A stretch of 64,000 nt of DNA from Planctomycetota bacterium. Lineage in GTDB: Bacteria > Planctomycetota > SZUA-567 > H5-PLA8. The notes below the pieces were generated by a model that ran no database searches, was not told where the DNA came from, and saw only the letters and a program-made list of their open reading frames with translations. Made by a program: the position numbers and the translations under genes. Of this stretch, positions 18,654-28,644 are shown piece by piece (the first letter of the stretch is position 1; every line of letters begins with the position of its first letter). Where the stretch lies: the NCBI GenBank assembly GCA_027493525.1, contig JAOSKN010000002.1, positions 474,288 through 538,287 on the forward strand, read 5' to 3'.

Positions 18654-19724
18654 ATGTGGCGTCCTGTCCGCCGTGCATCATGCGCCGCCTTCCGCGCGGG
18701 GCCGCTTTGGGCCGCCGCGGTATTGGTTTTCGCAGCCGGATGCGGCAAGCCCCGGCCGGTGCTCCCGCCCGCCCGCGCCGACGCGCTGGGCGTCACGCCC
18801 GAGGACCGCCGCCTGATCCTCGCTCAGGTCGTGGACGAGCCGCACGACCTGGCGGCCAGCGCGGCCATCGAGGGCAAGGCCTTCAAGTACCTGCTCAAGC
18901 TCTGCGCCACGCACGACGACGAGAAGAAACTCGACGATCAGCGCAACAAGGAAGCCAGCTTCGAAAACCTCGTGCGGCAGCCGAACCTCTTTCGCGGCGA
19001 GATCGTCGGGGTCAAGGACGCCGTGATCGTGGAAGTGGACCAAGTGCCGCTGCCCGACGAATACGGCCTGCCCGGCCACAGCGTTCTGCCCGCGATCTGC
19101 GTGGCCGGCAGCCCGCCTTACGTGCAGGTGTACGAGCTGCGCATCCTCTGCGCGCCCGGGAGCGACCTCTGCGAAAAGATCAAGGAAGGCATCCAGAAGG
19201 ACCGCAATCCGGTGATGCGCGTGACGGGCTTCTTCCTGAAGAACCACGTCCGGCGCACGAGCCGCGCCGGCGAGCCGCCCTGGCAGCGCCCGCTCCTGAT
19301 CGTCCCGGAGCCCACCTTCCGCCGCGGGCCGGGCAGCACCTACCGGGCGATGTCGGAGATCCAGGCCAGCGAGGCCGCCGGGCTGTTGCCTTCGGTGCGC
19401 TTCGACGCGCCGCGCAGCGAGGAGCGGCTGGTGGTCGAGCTGCTGGGCCGCTCCGGGAGCCGCCGCGGGCAGGACCTGCGGTATTTCGTGCGCATCGACG
19501 GGCAGTTGACGCCCGCCGACGACTTGGCGCTCTACGCCCAGCGCGTGCAGGCGCTGAAAGCGCGGCTGCCGCAGGACCATCTGGTCTCGGCGGTCGTGGT
19601 GCGCACGCCCGCGGCGCCCGCGTCGATGATCCAGCCGGCGGTCCGCGCGCTGGCCGACGCGGGCCTGTCCAGGATCTACGTCAAGGACGAGACCGAGAAG
19701 CTGCTGGCGTCGCGGGAGCAATGA
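18654..19724 (+). CDS. hypothetical lipoprotein
   Basis: Signal peptide with a lipobox (LVFAAGCGK). Starts 4 nt after the cyclodeaminase stop, so it is co-transcribed. Confidence 0.6.
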   Translation: MWRPVRRASCAAFRAGPLWAAAVLVFAAGCGKPRPVLPPARADALGVTPEDRRLILAQVVDEPHDLAASAAIEGKAFKYLLKLCATHDDEKKLDDQRNKEASFENLVRQPNLFRGEIVGVKDAVIVEVDQVPLPDEYGLPGHSVLPAICVAGSPPYVQVYELRILCAPGSDLCEKIKEGIQKDRNPVMRVTGFFLKNHVRRTSRAGEPPWQRPLLIVPEPTFRRGPGSTYRAMSEIQASEAAGLLPSVRFDAPRSEERLVVELLGRSGSRRGQDLRYFVRIDGQLTPADDLALYAQRVQALKARLPQDHLVSAVVVRTPAAPASMIQPAVRALADAGLSRIYVKDETEKLLASREQ

Positions 19725-19856
19725 GGCGCGCGCCGGTTCGGCGCATGCTGGCTGGGAACGCCGGTCCTGGCGTGGAAGCCGGCTGCATTTGGGTTTCAGG
19801 TTTACCGCGCGGGGCTCCGGGAGCGCCCGCGTTACCGTTCCCAGCGCCGGGCCGCG

Positions 19857-20969
19857 TCAGTTGCGCCCGTGGGCATAGCAGGCGTCCTGGAAGTGCCGGA
19901 GATTGTCCCACGGCGTGCGGATGGAGGTGTTGCAAGCCGACGAAAAGACGAAACGATGGAAGGGGCGCAACGTTTCGAACAACCCTTTGACGAACGCGTG
20001 GATGCGGCCGCGAGCATCGGCGGCGAACTCCTGCTCGTGGCAGGTCATACCGCCCCAGACCACATGCCGATCGTAGGCGATCGTATCCCGGAAGCGCGCC
20101 AGTTCGATGTCGCCCAGCGGCGCATGCGGCGTGCCTTCAAGGCCATCGAGCTGGACATCGGCGACGCGGTTGCGCAGCGTGCTCACCCGCCCGCAGGCAT
20201 GGGCGCACCAGAATTTGCCCCGGGCGTGAAGCACTTGGCCGATCCGAGCGTAATAGTCCCGGCACCAGGCGTCGAAAAGACGCGGCGTGTAAAAGAGACT
20301 GCAGAGGTTGTCCATGCTCATCATGCCGAAAGCATCGCCGTTGGCGACTTGGCGGGCGAAGGCCAGCGTGCGCTCGACGTGAAGTTCGGCCAGCTCCCGC
20401 ATGGCCCCGGGGTATTCGGCAAGCCAGACCATCGCGTTTTCGGCGCCGGCGAGCTGGATGAAGTACTTCAGGGGCGTCTGCTGCGCCCCGACGATCGCCA
20501 GTCCGTCGTCGCCCACGCGCGCGTCGGCCGCGCGGTGCGCGTTCGCGTCGAACTCATAGGCCGTATGCTCCGTTAGGTACCGGATCGCCGGATACTCCTT
20601 TTCGAAGTCCTTCCAGAAATGCTCGCGCTCGTAGGAGGTGTGGCTTTCGGGTTGGAAGACGGAAACCGAGGACAGCTCGCCATGCGGGGTGCGCAGTACG
20701 TTCCGGGTGGTGTGCGCGTCCAGCTTTTCCGACGCCGCTTCGATCCCGTTTCCCCGACGAATCGTGACGAAATGACCGCAGCGCCGGGAAAAAATGTCGC
20801 ACCCCATGCGCTTCATGGCGTCCACTTCGTCCGTACAATCGGCTAACTCGGCCGGGAGCGTGCCCTTGGCCTTGTGCGCGCCGAACCACTGTCCGATGTT
20901 AGGAGCAAACGGCGCGCGGTCAGGCGTCCGGCCCTCCGCCACGGCCAAGAGGCGTTCCCGTCCCGTCAT
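19857..20969 (-). CDS. uroporphyrinogen decarboxylase (URO-D)-like superfamily protein (HemE/MtaA-like fold)
   Basis: N-terminus MTGRERLLAVAEGRTPDRAPFAPNIGQW fits the URO-D-like R-E-R-L-L..G...DR.P pattern; 370 aa. Confidence 0.55.
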   Translation of the reverse strand: MTGRERLLAVAEGRTPDRAPFAPNIGQWFGAHKAKGTLPAELADCTDEVDAMKRMGCDIFSRRCGHFVTIRRGNGIEAASEKLDAHTTRNVLRTPHGELSSVSVFQPESHTSYEREHFWKDFEKEYPAIRYLTEHTAYEFDANAHRAADARVGDDGLAIVGAQQTPLKYFIQLAGAENAMVWLAEYPGAMRELAELHVERTLAFARQVANGDAFGMMSMDNLCSLFYTPRLFDAWCRDYYARIGQVLHARGKFWCAHACGRVSTLRNRVADVQLDGLEGTPHAPLGDIELARFRDTIAYDRHVVWGGMTCHEQEFAADARGRIHAFVKGLFETLRPFHRFVFSSACNTSIRTPWDNLRHFQDACYAHGRN

Positions 20970-21066
20970 GAGCGGACTCCCGTGAGAGAGGCTGGACTGC
21001 CAACGGCGAGCGCCGAAGCCGGGGCTTCTCCGCCTTCTCGGCGGCCCCCAAGCCGGCCTCGTTCAC

Positions 21067-21882
21067 TCAATTCGCCGCCGGCTCCAGCGCCGCGGCCTCG
21101 GCTTCTTCCGGCGTGGGCTTGCGTCCGGCGACGCGCAGCAGCCGGTCGCCCGGCTCGCCCTTCCGCAGCGGGCGGCAGTTGGGATCGTAGTCCACGATCA
21201 GCGCGCGGCGGCCCTTGTCGGAGCGGTTCGCGTCGCTGTAGTGGAAAGTCAGCACGTGGAAGGCGAGGAGCGAGCCGGCCTTCATCTGGGCGACCTTGAC
21301 GCGGTCCAGCGGCAGCTTCTCCGGCAGCACCTGCAGTTCCTGCTTTTCGTGCTTCTGCAGGCCCCACTTGTGGCTGCCGGGGATGAGCTGCATGCAGCCA
21401 TTCTCGAGCGTCGCGTCGTCCAGGGCGATCCAGCAGGTGACTTGTTCGGGCTTCAGGCTGGCCCAGTAAGCGTAGTCCTGGTGCCAGGGTTTGGGCGTGC
21501 CGTGCCGCGCGGGCTTGAACATCAGCTTGCTGGAGTGGTAATAGATGTCCGGCCCGATCAGGTCCTCGACCACGTCGAGCATCTTGTCGGACTCGGCGAA
21601 GGCCGCGAACTCCGGGCTGTGCTTCGTGATGGACTGGATCTTCCGCAGCAGCCCCGGCTGGACGAGGTTCCCGCCGCTCATGAAGTTCCCGTCGGTCTCG
21701 TTGCCCGTGCGCTGCAAGTTGAAGCCGTCGCCGTCCTTCTCCATGCCGCGGGCCTTCTCGTCGACCAGCCGGTCGAGGGCGCCCAGAAGACGCTGCAGCT
21801 CGTCGCGGGGCAGGAAATCCTCGATGATGAGGTACCCCTGATCCTTGTAGAATTCGACCTGCTCGGGCGTCAAGGCTTTCAT
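21067..21882 (-). CDS. phytanoyl-CoA dioxygenase (PhyH) family Fe(II)/2-oxoglutarate oxygenase
   Basis: MKALTPEQVEFYKDQGYLIIEDFLPRDEL... and WHQDYAYW...LDDATLENGCMQLIPGSHKWG match the PhyH family. Confidence 0.8.
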   Translation of the reverse strand: MKALTPEQVEFYKDQGYLIIEDFLPRDELQRLLGALDRLVDEKARGMEKDGDGFNLQRTGNETDGNFMSGGNLVQPGLLRKIQSITKHSPEFAAFAESDKMLDVVEDLIGPDIYYHSSKLMFKPARHGTPKPWHQDYAYWASLKPEQVTCWIALDDATLENGCMQLIPGSHKWGLQKHEKQELQVLPEKLPLDRVKVAQMKAGSLLAFHVLTFHYSDANRSDKGRRALIVDYDPNCRPLRKGEPGDRLLRVAGRKPTPEEAEAAALEPAAN

Positions 21883-21993
21883 GGGCGTTCTCCGGGGCGG
21901 CCTGTTTCGTGCGTGAATTCTTAGAAGTATTTACCCCGGCGCAAATCGAAGCGCTATGGACACGGCGCTCAACTTATTGTACTTTTCGAAACC

Positions 21994-22918
21994 ATGGCCC
22001 AAGCCCCATACGAAGACTCCACGACCGCGGTCTCCCGGGACCCCCGGGGCTTTCCGGCCTGGCCCGAGTTGCCCGACGATCCGCAGGGGCATCTGGCCGA
22101 GTGGCTCGAGATCGCCCGGGTCCGGCCGGTCTCCGCGGTCGAGTGGCAGTGCTCCCACCGCTGGGCGCTGGGCCCGCGCGTGCTCAACGATTCGATGTGG
22201 TTCTGGGTCGAGAGCGGCAGCGGCTGGGGTCAGGTCGGCGGGCGCGCGAAGTTCCGGATCGAGCCCGGGAGCCTGATGCTGATTCCGCAGGGCGAGGTCC
22301 ATCAGATCCGGCAGGATCCCGGCTCGGCGATGCACCTGATCACGTCGCACTTCCATGCGCACGTCTACGAGGGCCTGAACCTGCTGGCGCTGGCGGGCTT
22401 TCCGGATCTCGCCCCCGCCCAACCCGGCGCGCCTTTCGAGGACGCCGCGCGGAGGCAGGCCCGCGAGTTCGCGCTCAAGCCCGCCGGCTGGCGCGCGGCC
22501 ATGCGCTGCGAGGTGCTGCGCGTGCTGCTCTACTTGGTGCGGGAGCACGGCCGGCGCTTCAAGCCCGCCGGGGCGGCAGGCCGGCATGCCGACCTGCCGC
22601 GGTTGCTGCCGGCCCTGAGGCATCTCGACGCGCACCTCGCCGACCCGCGCCTGCGCGTCGAAGACCTCGCCGGAAAGCTGTTCTTGAGCGAAGTGCAATT
22701 CCGCAAGCTCTTCAAGCGCGTGACGGGGCTGAGCCCGGTTCGATTCATCCAACGTCGGCGGGTGGAGCGCGCGGGGCAGATGCTCCGTGAAAGCGATCTG
22801 TCCATCGAGCAGGTGGCGTCATCCTGTGGCTTTTCCGACGCGCCCTTCTTTTTGCCGCGTGTTTCGAAGTTGGACGCAGAGTTCGCCGGGCCGGTATCGC
22901 CGCGCCGAGAGCGTTTAG
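21994..22918 (+). CDS. AraC family transcriptional regulator with apparent +1 frameshift in a T5 run (22849-22853) near the C-terminus
   Basis: The track ORF 21994..23040 ends in an odd tail (...SCGFSDAPFFLPRVSKLDAEF...) that runs into an inverted-repeat element. Shifting one base at TTTTT gives a canonical AraC ending (...GFSDAPFFCRVFRSWTQSSPGRYRRAESV) with the stop at 22916-22918. Confidence 0.7.
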
Positions 22919-22930
22919 CGCTACAACGCT

Positions 22931-23080
22931 ACATGAACCGCAGAGCACGCGGAGAACGCAGAGAAGCCTTCTTACGGGTTCAAACCATGACGGACAGGAA
23001 GCCCCGGGGTGTCCTTAAAGTAGCGACCCTTTACCCTTAACCTTCCCTGCCTTTGCGCTCTCTGCGTGCTCTGCGGTTTC
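22931..23080. repeat. imperfect inverted repeat pair (about 30 bp arms sharing AACCGCAGAGCACGC) spaced about 85 bp apart; possible MITE-like element or long hairpin
   Basis: Left arm 22931-22960 (GAACCGCAGAGCACGCGGAGAACGCAGAGAAGCC) against the reverse complement of 23045-23080 (CGAAACCGCAGAGCACGCAGAGAGCGCAAAGGCAGG). There is a 15-nt perfect core plus degenerate extension. Confidence 0.4.
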
Positions 23081-23590
23081 GTTTTGGCGCTGTAGGACTA
23101 AAGTGTGGGTGCAGCTGAAAGCTAAAGAAAGCAAGCTCTAACCTGTTGAGTTGCTGGAGGTAAGGTCTCAAATCAAAAGAAAGAATCCCAACTCCAGTTT
23201 CTGCACTTGTAGGAATTGCAGTCAACTAGGAAAGTATTTTCAACACTTATCTAAAACTTTGCAAGTGGCGAGAATAGCTATGGAAAGTGATTATATGTAT
23301 GCACCTGTTAATCCCACCTTCTTTTTGTTCGCACCGGTGCAAGTTTTGGATTTTTAGGCTCTTGAAGTATGTTGTTCTGAAAGGCAGTTACTGCGGGAAT
23401 GGGGCAGATGTAGCCCGGGCGTGGTTCCTGAATCGGGATAAGAATGCACGGCGTGACCGGGGGTGCCGTGCTCAGGTCGAACTTCGGTTCGGCTACCGGG
23501 ACGGGTCATGCTCCTTCTTTTGTGCCTCGGATCTCCATGGATCCCTGCGGCTTGGCGTCCAGGCTCTTCCTTGAATTTCCGAAACAAAGT
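23080..23590. other. anomalous low-GC (about 40%) island lacking a convincing ORF
   Basis: AT-rich sequence (…ctaaagaaagcaagctctaacctgttgag…gtgattatatgtatgcacctgttaatccc…) in a roughly 70% GC genome. Only junk ORFs are predicted (23151..23357, 23287..23574). Confidence 0.5.
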
Positions 23591-23632
23591 CGTACGCCCC
23601 CGCCATGACCATTCAGAACGGGAGGGTGGCGG

Positions 23633-24328
23633 ATGAGTCCCATGACCGAACCCAGCCCGCAGGAGCACGCGCCCAAGCGCCGCCCCCGAGGCCGGCCGCC
23701 GAACCCCGAACTGCGCACCGCCAAGCACGGCCGGATGCTCCAGGCCGCGCTCAAACTCTTCATCCAGCGCGGCTACGACCAGGTCACCGTCGAGCAGATC
23801 GCGCGGGTGGCGGGGCAGTCCAAGGGCGCCTTCTACTGGTACTTCAAGGACAAGGAGGAATGCCTGCGGCAGATCTTCGATTCGCTCTCGAAGCACCTCG
23901 ACGATGCGATTCTCAAGATCGTGACCAGCGAGGCCTCGGCGCGGGACCGCCTCAAGGCGCTCAGCGACTTCCGCAACTGGACCGGGAAGGAACTGGTCCA
24001 GATGGCGACGTTGATGAACAGCCTGGCCTACAGCCGCACGGCCGCGGTGCGCGAACTGGCCATGCAGCACAGCGCCGCGTGGATGCGCAACGGCTCCAGG
24101 ATGGTCGCCGACCTCTCCCGCGCCGCCGCCCAGGAGGCCGGCTGGAATCGCGCGCAGGTGGAGGCCTTCGACTTCGAGGCCTGGACGTTCTGTTACGTGG
24201 CCTCCTACAACGGGGTGCTGCGCTATTTGGACCGCCGCGACCTGCCGCCGCCGCCGCCGACCGACCGCATCGCCGACGCGATCCACGAGGCGTTCATCCA
24301 CAGGCTGCTCAGCCCGCGGGAAGCCTGA
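23633..24328 (+). CDS. TetR/AcrR family transcriptional regulator
   Basis: N-terminal TetR HTH (MLQAALKLFIQRGYDQVTVEQIARVAGQSKGAFYWYFKDKEECL). Confidence 0.85.
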   Translation: MSPMTEPSPQEHAPKRRPRGRPPNPELRTAKHGRMLQAALKLFIQRGYDQVTVEQIARVAGQSKGAFYWYFKDKEECLRQIFDSLSKHLDDAILKIVTSEASARDRLKALSDFRNWTGKELVQMATLMNSLAYSRTAAVRELAMQHSAAWMRNGSRMVADLSRAAAQEAGWNRAQVEAFDFEAWTFCYVASYNGVLRYLDRRDLPPPPPTDRIADAIHEAFIHRLLSPREA

Positions 24329-24338
24329 TGCCGCGCAT

Positions 24339-25306
24339 TCAGGTTTCCGGCGCGGCCTTGGCGTCCTGGCCCGCCTGTTTGTACACGTCGATCAGGAACG
24401 TATCGAAGATCAACTGGACGGCGTGGTAGGTCACCACCGAGAGCGCGCCCAGTTTCTGGGCCGGAAAGCACGAGTCCAGGATCGAGATCCCCACCGGCAG
24501 CGTCTTCTGCCCCCGATGAAGACCGTCGCGATACGCTGGGGCAGGGGCAGCCCCAATAGCCGCCCGCAGCCTTCCATGCAGCCGACCACGACGCCGTGGG
24601 CGGCGGCGCAGAGCCCCACCAGGCCCAGCACGCGCAGGGCCGAGGCCTCCTGCCCCGCGCGCTCCGATGCCCCGCTGACGGCGACCACGATCACGCAGCA
24701 GATCAGGCAGCGCGAGAGCACCCCGATCGCGCGGACCCACCCGTCGACCCAGCGGCGCAACAGGCGCCGCCCGGCCTGCCCCAGCACGATCGGCAGGAGC
24801 ACGATCAGGGCCAGGTCCAGGACGATCTTCCCGAACGGGCGCGCCAGCGTCCCGCCCGCGGCTACTTTCAGCACCAGCGGCCCCAGCAGCACGTTGCCCA
24901 CGTTGCTGGCGACCGTGAGCACCACCGCCAGCGGCGCGGGCCCGCCGGCCAGGCGCGTCCAGATCACGCCGCTTGCCAGCGTCGTCGGCGCCGCGGCCAG
25001 CGCCAGCAGCCCCACGCCCAAATCCGAGCCCAGGCCCAGCGCCTGCGCCGCGGCGTACAGCAGCGCGGGAAGGATGGCGTAGGTCCCCAGCAGCGAGAGC
25101 AGCAGCGGCTTCGGCGCCTTCAGGCCCGCCAGCAGTTCGGAGGCGTCGAAGGTCAGGCTGGTCATGAACAGCAGCACCACGATGAACGGCTTGGTGCCCG
25201 TGCGCGCCTCGACCCAGACCCCCGGCGCAGGAACCTGGAGCGCCAGGACCACCGCGGCCGCCAGGAGCGCGATGAACCAGTGCTTCTTCAGGACGGATGC
25301 AAGCAT
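24339..25306 (-). CDS. bile acid:sodium symporter (BASS/SBF-like) family transporter with apparent -1 frameshift at the C5/G5 run 24511-24515
   Basis: The N-terminal 291-aa ORF 24431..25306 has BASS-like helices up to ...PQRIATVFIGG. The family C-terminus (H)RGQKTLPVGISILDSCFPAQKLGALSVVTYHAVQLIFDTFLIDVYKQ continues in another frame (the tail of track ORF 24339..25511). Adding one base in the GGGGG run restores FIGGQKTLP. Confidence 0.75.
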
Positions 25307-25461
25307 GGACGCAACGCCCGGGGATGCGCGAAAGACCGTGCCGAGGATGCGGTGAGTGTAGCACGCGGCGGGGGAAGGGCGAGGGCGGCGAGCGGCCCAA
25401 TGCGCTTAACAAGGCCCTTGACGACGGATAACGTGGCCGCGGTACAAAACCCGGGAGCCCC

Positions 25462-26727
25462 ATGGCCACCATCGACCTTCCCCTCCTGCGCGTGCCGGTC
25501 TCGGTCATCATCGACGATTCCGCGCCCTGCGTGAACCTCGGCTATTACTGGCTTGAACAGCGGGAGGCCTGGATGAACCGCCACAGGCCGGGCGGCATCC
25601 CCGAAGAAGACCGGCTGCGCTTCGAGAAGAACCGCGCCAACTTCCGCGCGATCCCCGCCGAGTTCGCGCGGCGCTTCGGCGAGTGGTGCCTCGACGCGGG
25701 CGTGAAGGGCAAGTTCTCGCTGATTCCCTGCCCCGCGCACCTGGGCCGGATCGACGAACGGCTCGAAGGCCACTCCGGCGCGGAACTCGACGCCTGGCTG
25801 CGCGCCGCGAAGGAGGTGCTCTGGAAGAACTGGGACCTCACGCCGGAGATGCTCACGCACACCTTCGTCGTGGACTTGAAGACATGGCGGCCCACCGAGG
25901 CCTGGGAGCAGTACGAGTGGGCCTTCCCGGTCCACGAGCCGCTGCTGACCGAGTACATCGCAAAGTCGCTTGAGCTGCTGCGCCGCGTCGGCATCCCGTG
26001 CGAAGGCGTCACCAGCCCCGGCGGCTTCGGCGGCAAAATGGAGGAGACCTACGCGCGCGCGACGCTCAACGCCTGCCGGCAGGTCAACGGCACGCCGCGC
26101 CCGTACTATTTCAAGCGCATCTACCTCGACAAGCCGCCCGAAGTGCCGGTGCTGCTGGGCGACGCCGAACGCGGCACGGCCGTGATGAGCATCATCGCGT
26201 GCACCGGCGACTGGTTCGGCGGCTGGACGGGCTTCGACGTGGGCGACGTGGACAGGTTCCTGACGCCCGACGGCCGCGGCGGGCGGCTCCCCGAGGTCAT
26301 CGCGCAGCGCCGCCCCGCCGTGATGTGCGGGCACTGGCCGGGCTTCTATCAGAACGGCGAAGAGCTGGGCTTCAAGGTGCTCCAGGAGATCAAGCGCCGC
26401 CTTGATGAGCACTACGCCGCGGACGTGCTGTGGATGAAGGTGAGCGAGATCACCGACTACGAGTGTACGCGCGCCCTGGCGCGGGTCGAATCGAGCGATA
26501 CCGGGCGCGGCGCGCGCGTGAAGGTGCGCAACGCCTTCGCCGTCCCGCGCTTCACGCTGCGCGTCCCGAACCTGCGCGCGACGAGGGTTGCGTGCGGCGG
26601 CAAAGCTTTCGACCGCGCGCGCGAACGCGCGGGCTTGGCCGAGGGCGGCTTCGTCCACGACGGCGCGGATACGGTGCTCGCCCTGCGCCTGCCCGCCGGC
26701 GAGACGGCGGTCGAGCTGGAGCGGTGA
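25462..26727 (+). CDS. hypothetical cytoplasmic protein (no family recognised)
   Basis: 421-aa ORF with balanced, protein-like composition (W/Y/F-rich: LGYYWLEQREAWMNRH, WKNWDLTPEML). No antisense gene explains it. Confidence 0.55.
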   Translation: MATIDLPLLRVPVSVIIDDSAPCVNLGYYWLEQREAWMNRHRPGGIPEEDRLRFEKNRANFRAIPAEFARRFGEWCLDAGVKGKFSLIPCPAHLGRIDERLEGHSGAELDAWLRAAKEVLWKNWDLTPEMLTHTFVVDLKTWRPTEAWEQYEWAFPVHEPLLTEYIAKSLELLRRVGIPCEGVTSPGGFGGKMEETYARATLNACRQVNGTPRPYYFKRIYLDKPPEVPVLLGDAERGTAVMSIIACTGDWFGGWTGFDVGDVDRFLTPDGRGGRLPEVIAQRRPAVMCGHWPGFYQNGEELGFKVLQEIKRRLDEHYAADVLWMKVSEITDYECTRALARVESSDTGRGARVKVRNAFAVPRFTLRVPNLRATRVACGGKAFDRARERAGLAEGGFVHDGADTVLALRLPAGETAVELER

Positions 26728-26778
26728 ACGCGGGCCTTCGGCAGCATCGAAAGGACCGGTTCATGGAAGGAGGCGGAG

Positions 26779-27237
26779 ATGCCCGAGCCCGAACTCACCA
26801 CCTTGCAGGCCCGTCCCGTGGTCGCCATCCGGCGCGTGACGACGCCCGAGAAGATCGGCGACACGTGCCGTGAAATCTTCGGCATCCTGGGCCCGAAATT
26901 CGCCGCGGGCGAATTCCCCATGGCCGGGCCGCCCTACGCGCGGTACTTCTCGTTCAGCCCCGAGCGGGTGGAACTGGAAGTCGGCGCGCCCGTCGCGAAG
27001 CCGATGCCGAGCCAGGGGGAGATCGCCGCGGGCGAACTCCCCGGCGGGCGCGCGGCCACGCTGCTCCACGTCGGTCCCTACGAAGGCCTCAAGGACGCCT
27101 ACCCGCGGCTGGAACGCTGGATGAAGGAACAGGGGCACGCCTGCGCCGGCGCGCCGTTCGAGGTCTACGAGACCGACCCCAGCCGCGAGCCCGATGCCTC
27201 GAAGTGGCGCACACGGATTTACTGGCCGGTGGGGTAG
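26779..27237 (+). CDS. GyrI-like/AraC effector-binding domain small-molecule-binding protein
   Basis: 152 aa with a GyrI-like layout (VAIRRVTTPEKIGDTCREIFGILGP...GPPYARYFSF...EVYETDP). Confidence 0.6.
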   Translation: MPEPELTTLQARPVVAIRRVTTPEKIGDTCREIFGILGPKFAAGEFPMAGPPYARYFSFSPERVELEVGAPVAKPMPSQGEIAAGELPGGRAATLLHVGPYEGLKDAYPRLERWMKEQGHACAGAPFEVYETDPSREPDASKWRTRIYWPVG

Positions 27238-27274
27238 GGACTTCGGCACGGGCTTCCATCGATCGTCCAAGCCG

Positions 27275-27538
27275 TCACTTATCCGGGCGCTTCTTCAATG
27301 ATTTTCCTTTGCGCGGGCCATGACGTCCGTTCACGCGGATCTCCAGATCCGTTACCAATAGCAGATCGATGACGTTCATGGTTCCCGTGCGCTGCTCGAC
27401 AACCACCGTGCGCAGATTCGGCGAGATGTGCATCCACTCGGGATGTTCCACGGGGATACCGCGGCCATCGGCCAAGTGCATGATGAACGGCTGGAATGGC
27501 CGTGCGTTATAGAGTTGGCGGATGCGTTCAACGGTCAT
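27275..27538 (-). CDS. small hypothetical protein (87 aa)
   Basis: Compact ORF with non-biased composition (MTVERIRQLYNARPFQPFIMHLADGRGIPVEHPEWMHISPNLRTVVVEQ...). No homology claimed. Confidence 0.35.
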   Translation of the reverse strand: MTVERIRQLYNARPFQPFIMHLADGRGIPVEHPEWMHISPNLRTVVVEQRTGTMNVIDLLLVTDLEIRVNGRHGPRKGKSLKKRPDK

Positions 27539-27633
27539 GCGTGGCGCTCCGATCCTCTTCCTTGCTTCGCAACAGTATACCGCGCTGGGTCCATGAGGGC
27601 ACGCGAGGCCTTATCGTTCTGCGAGCCGGCCGG

Positions 27634-28599
27634 TCAGGTTTCGCCGCCCCGGTCGAACGGGAGCAACGGTCCGCTCAGTTCCGGGTGCTCGCGGCGCTCC
27701 TGCAGGTACAGGTTCTTCGCGGCCTGCGCGACGTTGCGCAGGAGCATCGTCGTGGTGAGCGGGCCGACGCCGCCAGGGACGGGCGTGATCCAGCCGGCGA
27801 CCTCCTTCGCGCCCTCGAAGTCCACGTCGCCGACGGTGCGCATGCGCGGCTTGCCCTCCGTGTCGAGGAGCGGCTTGCCCTTCTTGCTCAGCGCGGGCGC
27901 CTGATTGATCCCCACGTCCACGACGATCGCGCCGGGCTTGAGCATTTCCTTGGTGATCAGCCGCGCCTTGCCCACCGCCACCACCAGGATGTCCGCGCGG
28001 CGCGTGTGCATGGCCAGGTCGCGAGTCGCCACGTGGCAGGTCGTGACCGTGCAGAAGTCGTGCTGGAGCAGCAGGCCCATCGGCTTGCCGACGATCTGGC
28101 TGTGCCCGACGACGACCGCTTCCATGCCGTACAAGTCCTGGTCCAGCGACTTGATCAGATGGTAGCAGGCGAAGGCCGTGCAGGGCGCGCACTGCAACAC
28201 GCCGTAGACGAGCAGCCCCAGGTTGACCGGGTGGATGCCCTCCGCGTCCTTGCGCGGGTCGATGGCCCGCTGCGCGGCCTGCGCGTCGATCCGCGCCGGC
28301 AGCGGGAGCTGCAGGATGATCCCGTGGACGCCGGAATCCTCGTTCAGCTCCTGGACCGCGCGCATCACGGCGCCTTGCGTCACGGCGTCGGGAAGCTGCT
28401 TGAGGCGGAAGTCGATGCCGACCTCGTTGCAGTAGCGCCGCTGGCTCTCGACGTACATCAGGGATTCGGGCCTCTCGCCGGCCTGCACCGCGGCGAGGCA
28501 GACCGGGCGGCCTTGCTCGGCCAGTTCGCGGACCGTCTGCGCGACCTGGGCGCGCATGGTCTGCGCCAGCGGGCCTCCCTGCAACAGTTGCGCGCTCAT
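27634..28599 (-). CDS. folD: bifunctional methylenetetrahydrofolate dehydrogenase/methenyl-THF cyclohydrolase FolD
   Basis: Conserved FolD blocks: GIILQLPLP, VVVGHSQIVGKPMGLLLQ, VTTCHVATRDL, ADILVVAVGKARLI, VVDVGIN...VGDVDFEG, ITPVPGGVGPLTTTMLL. Confidence 0.9.
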   Translation of the reverse strand: MSAQLLQGGPLAQTMRAQVAQTVRELAEQGRPVCLAAVQAGERPESLMYVESQRRYCNEVGIDFRLKQLPDAVTQGAVMRAVQELNEDSGVHGIILQLPLPARIDAQAAQRAIDPRKDAEGIHPVNLGLLVYGVLQCAPCTAFACYHLIKSLDQDLYGMEAVVVGHSQIVGKPMGLLLQHDFCTVTTCHVATRDLAMHTRRADILVVAVGKARLITKEMLKPGAIVVDVGINQAPALSKKGKPLLDTEGKPRMRTVGDVDFEGAKEVAGWITPVPGGVGPLTTTMLLRNVAQAAKNLYLQERREHPELSGPLLPFDRGGET

Positions 28600-28644
28600 C
28601 GCCGGTTCCGTTCGCCTCGAGCCTGCGCCGCGAAAGAAGGCATT

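Noticed and set aside
23151-23574. Small ORFs inside the low-GC island (68 and 95 aa)
   Set aside because: No start context or conservation signal. The composition is odd (Cys/Phe-rich), and the region is more likely non-coding.
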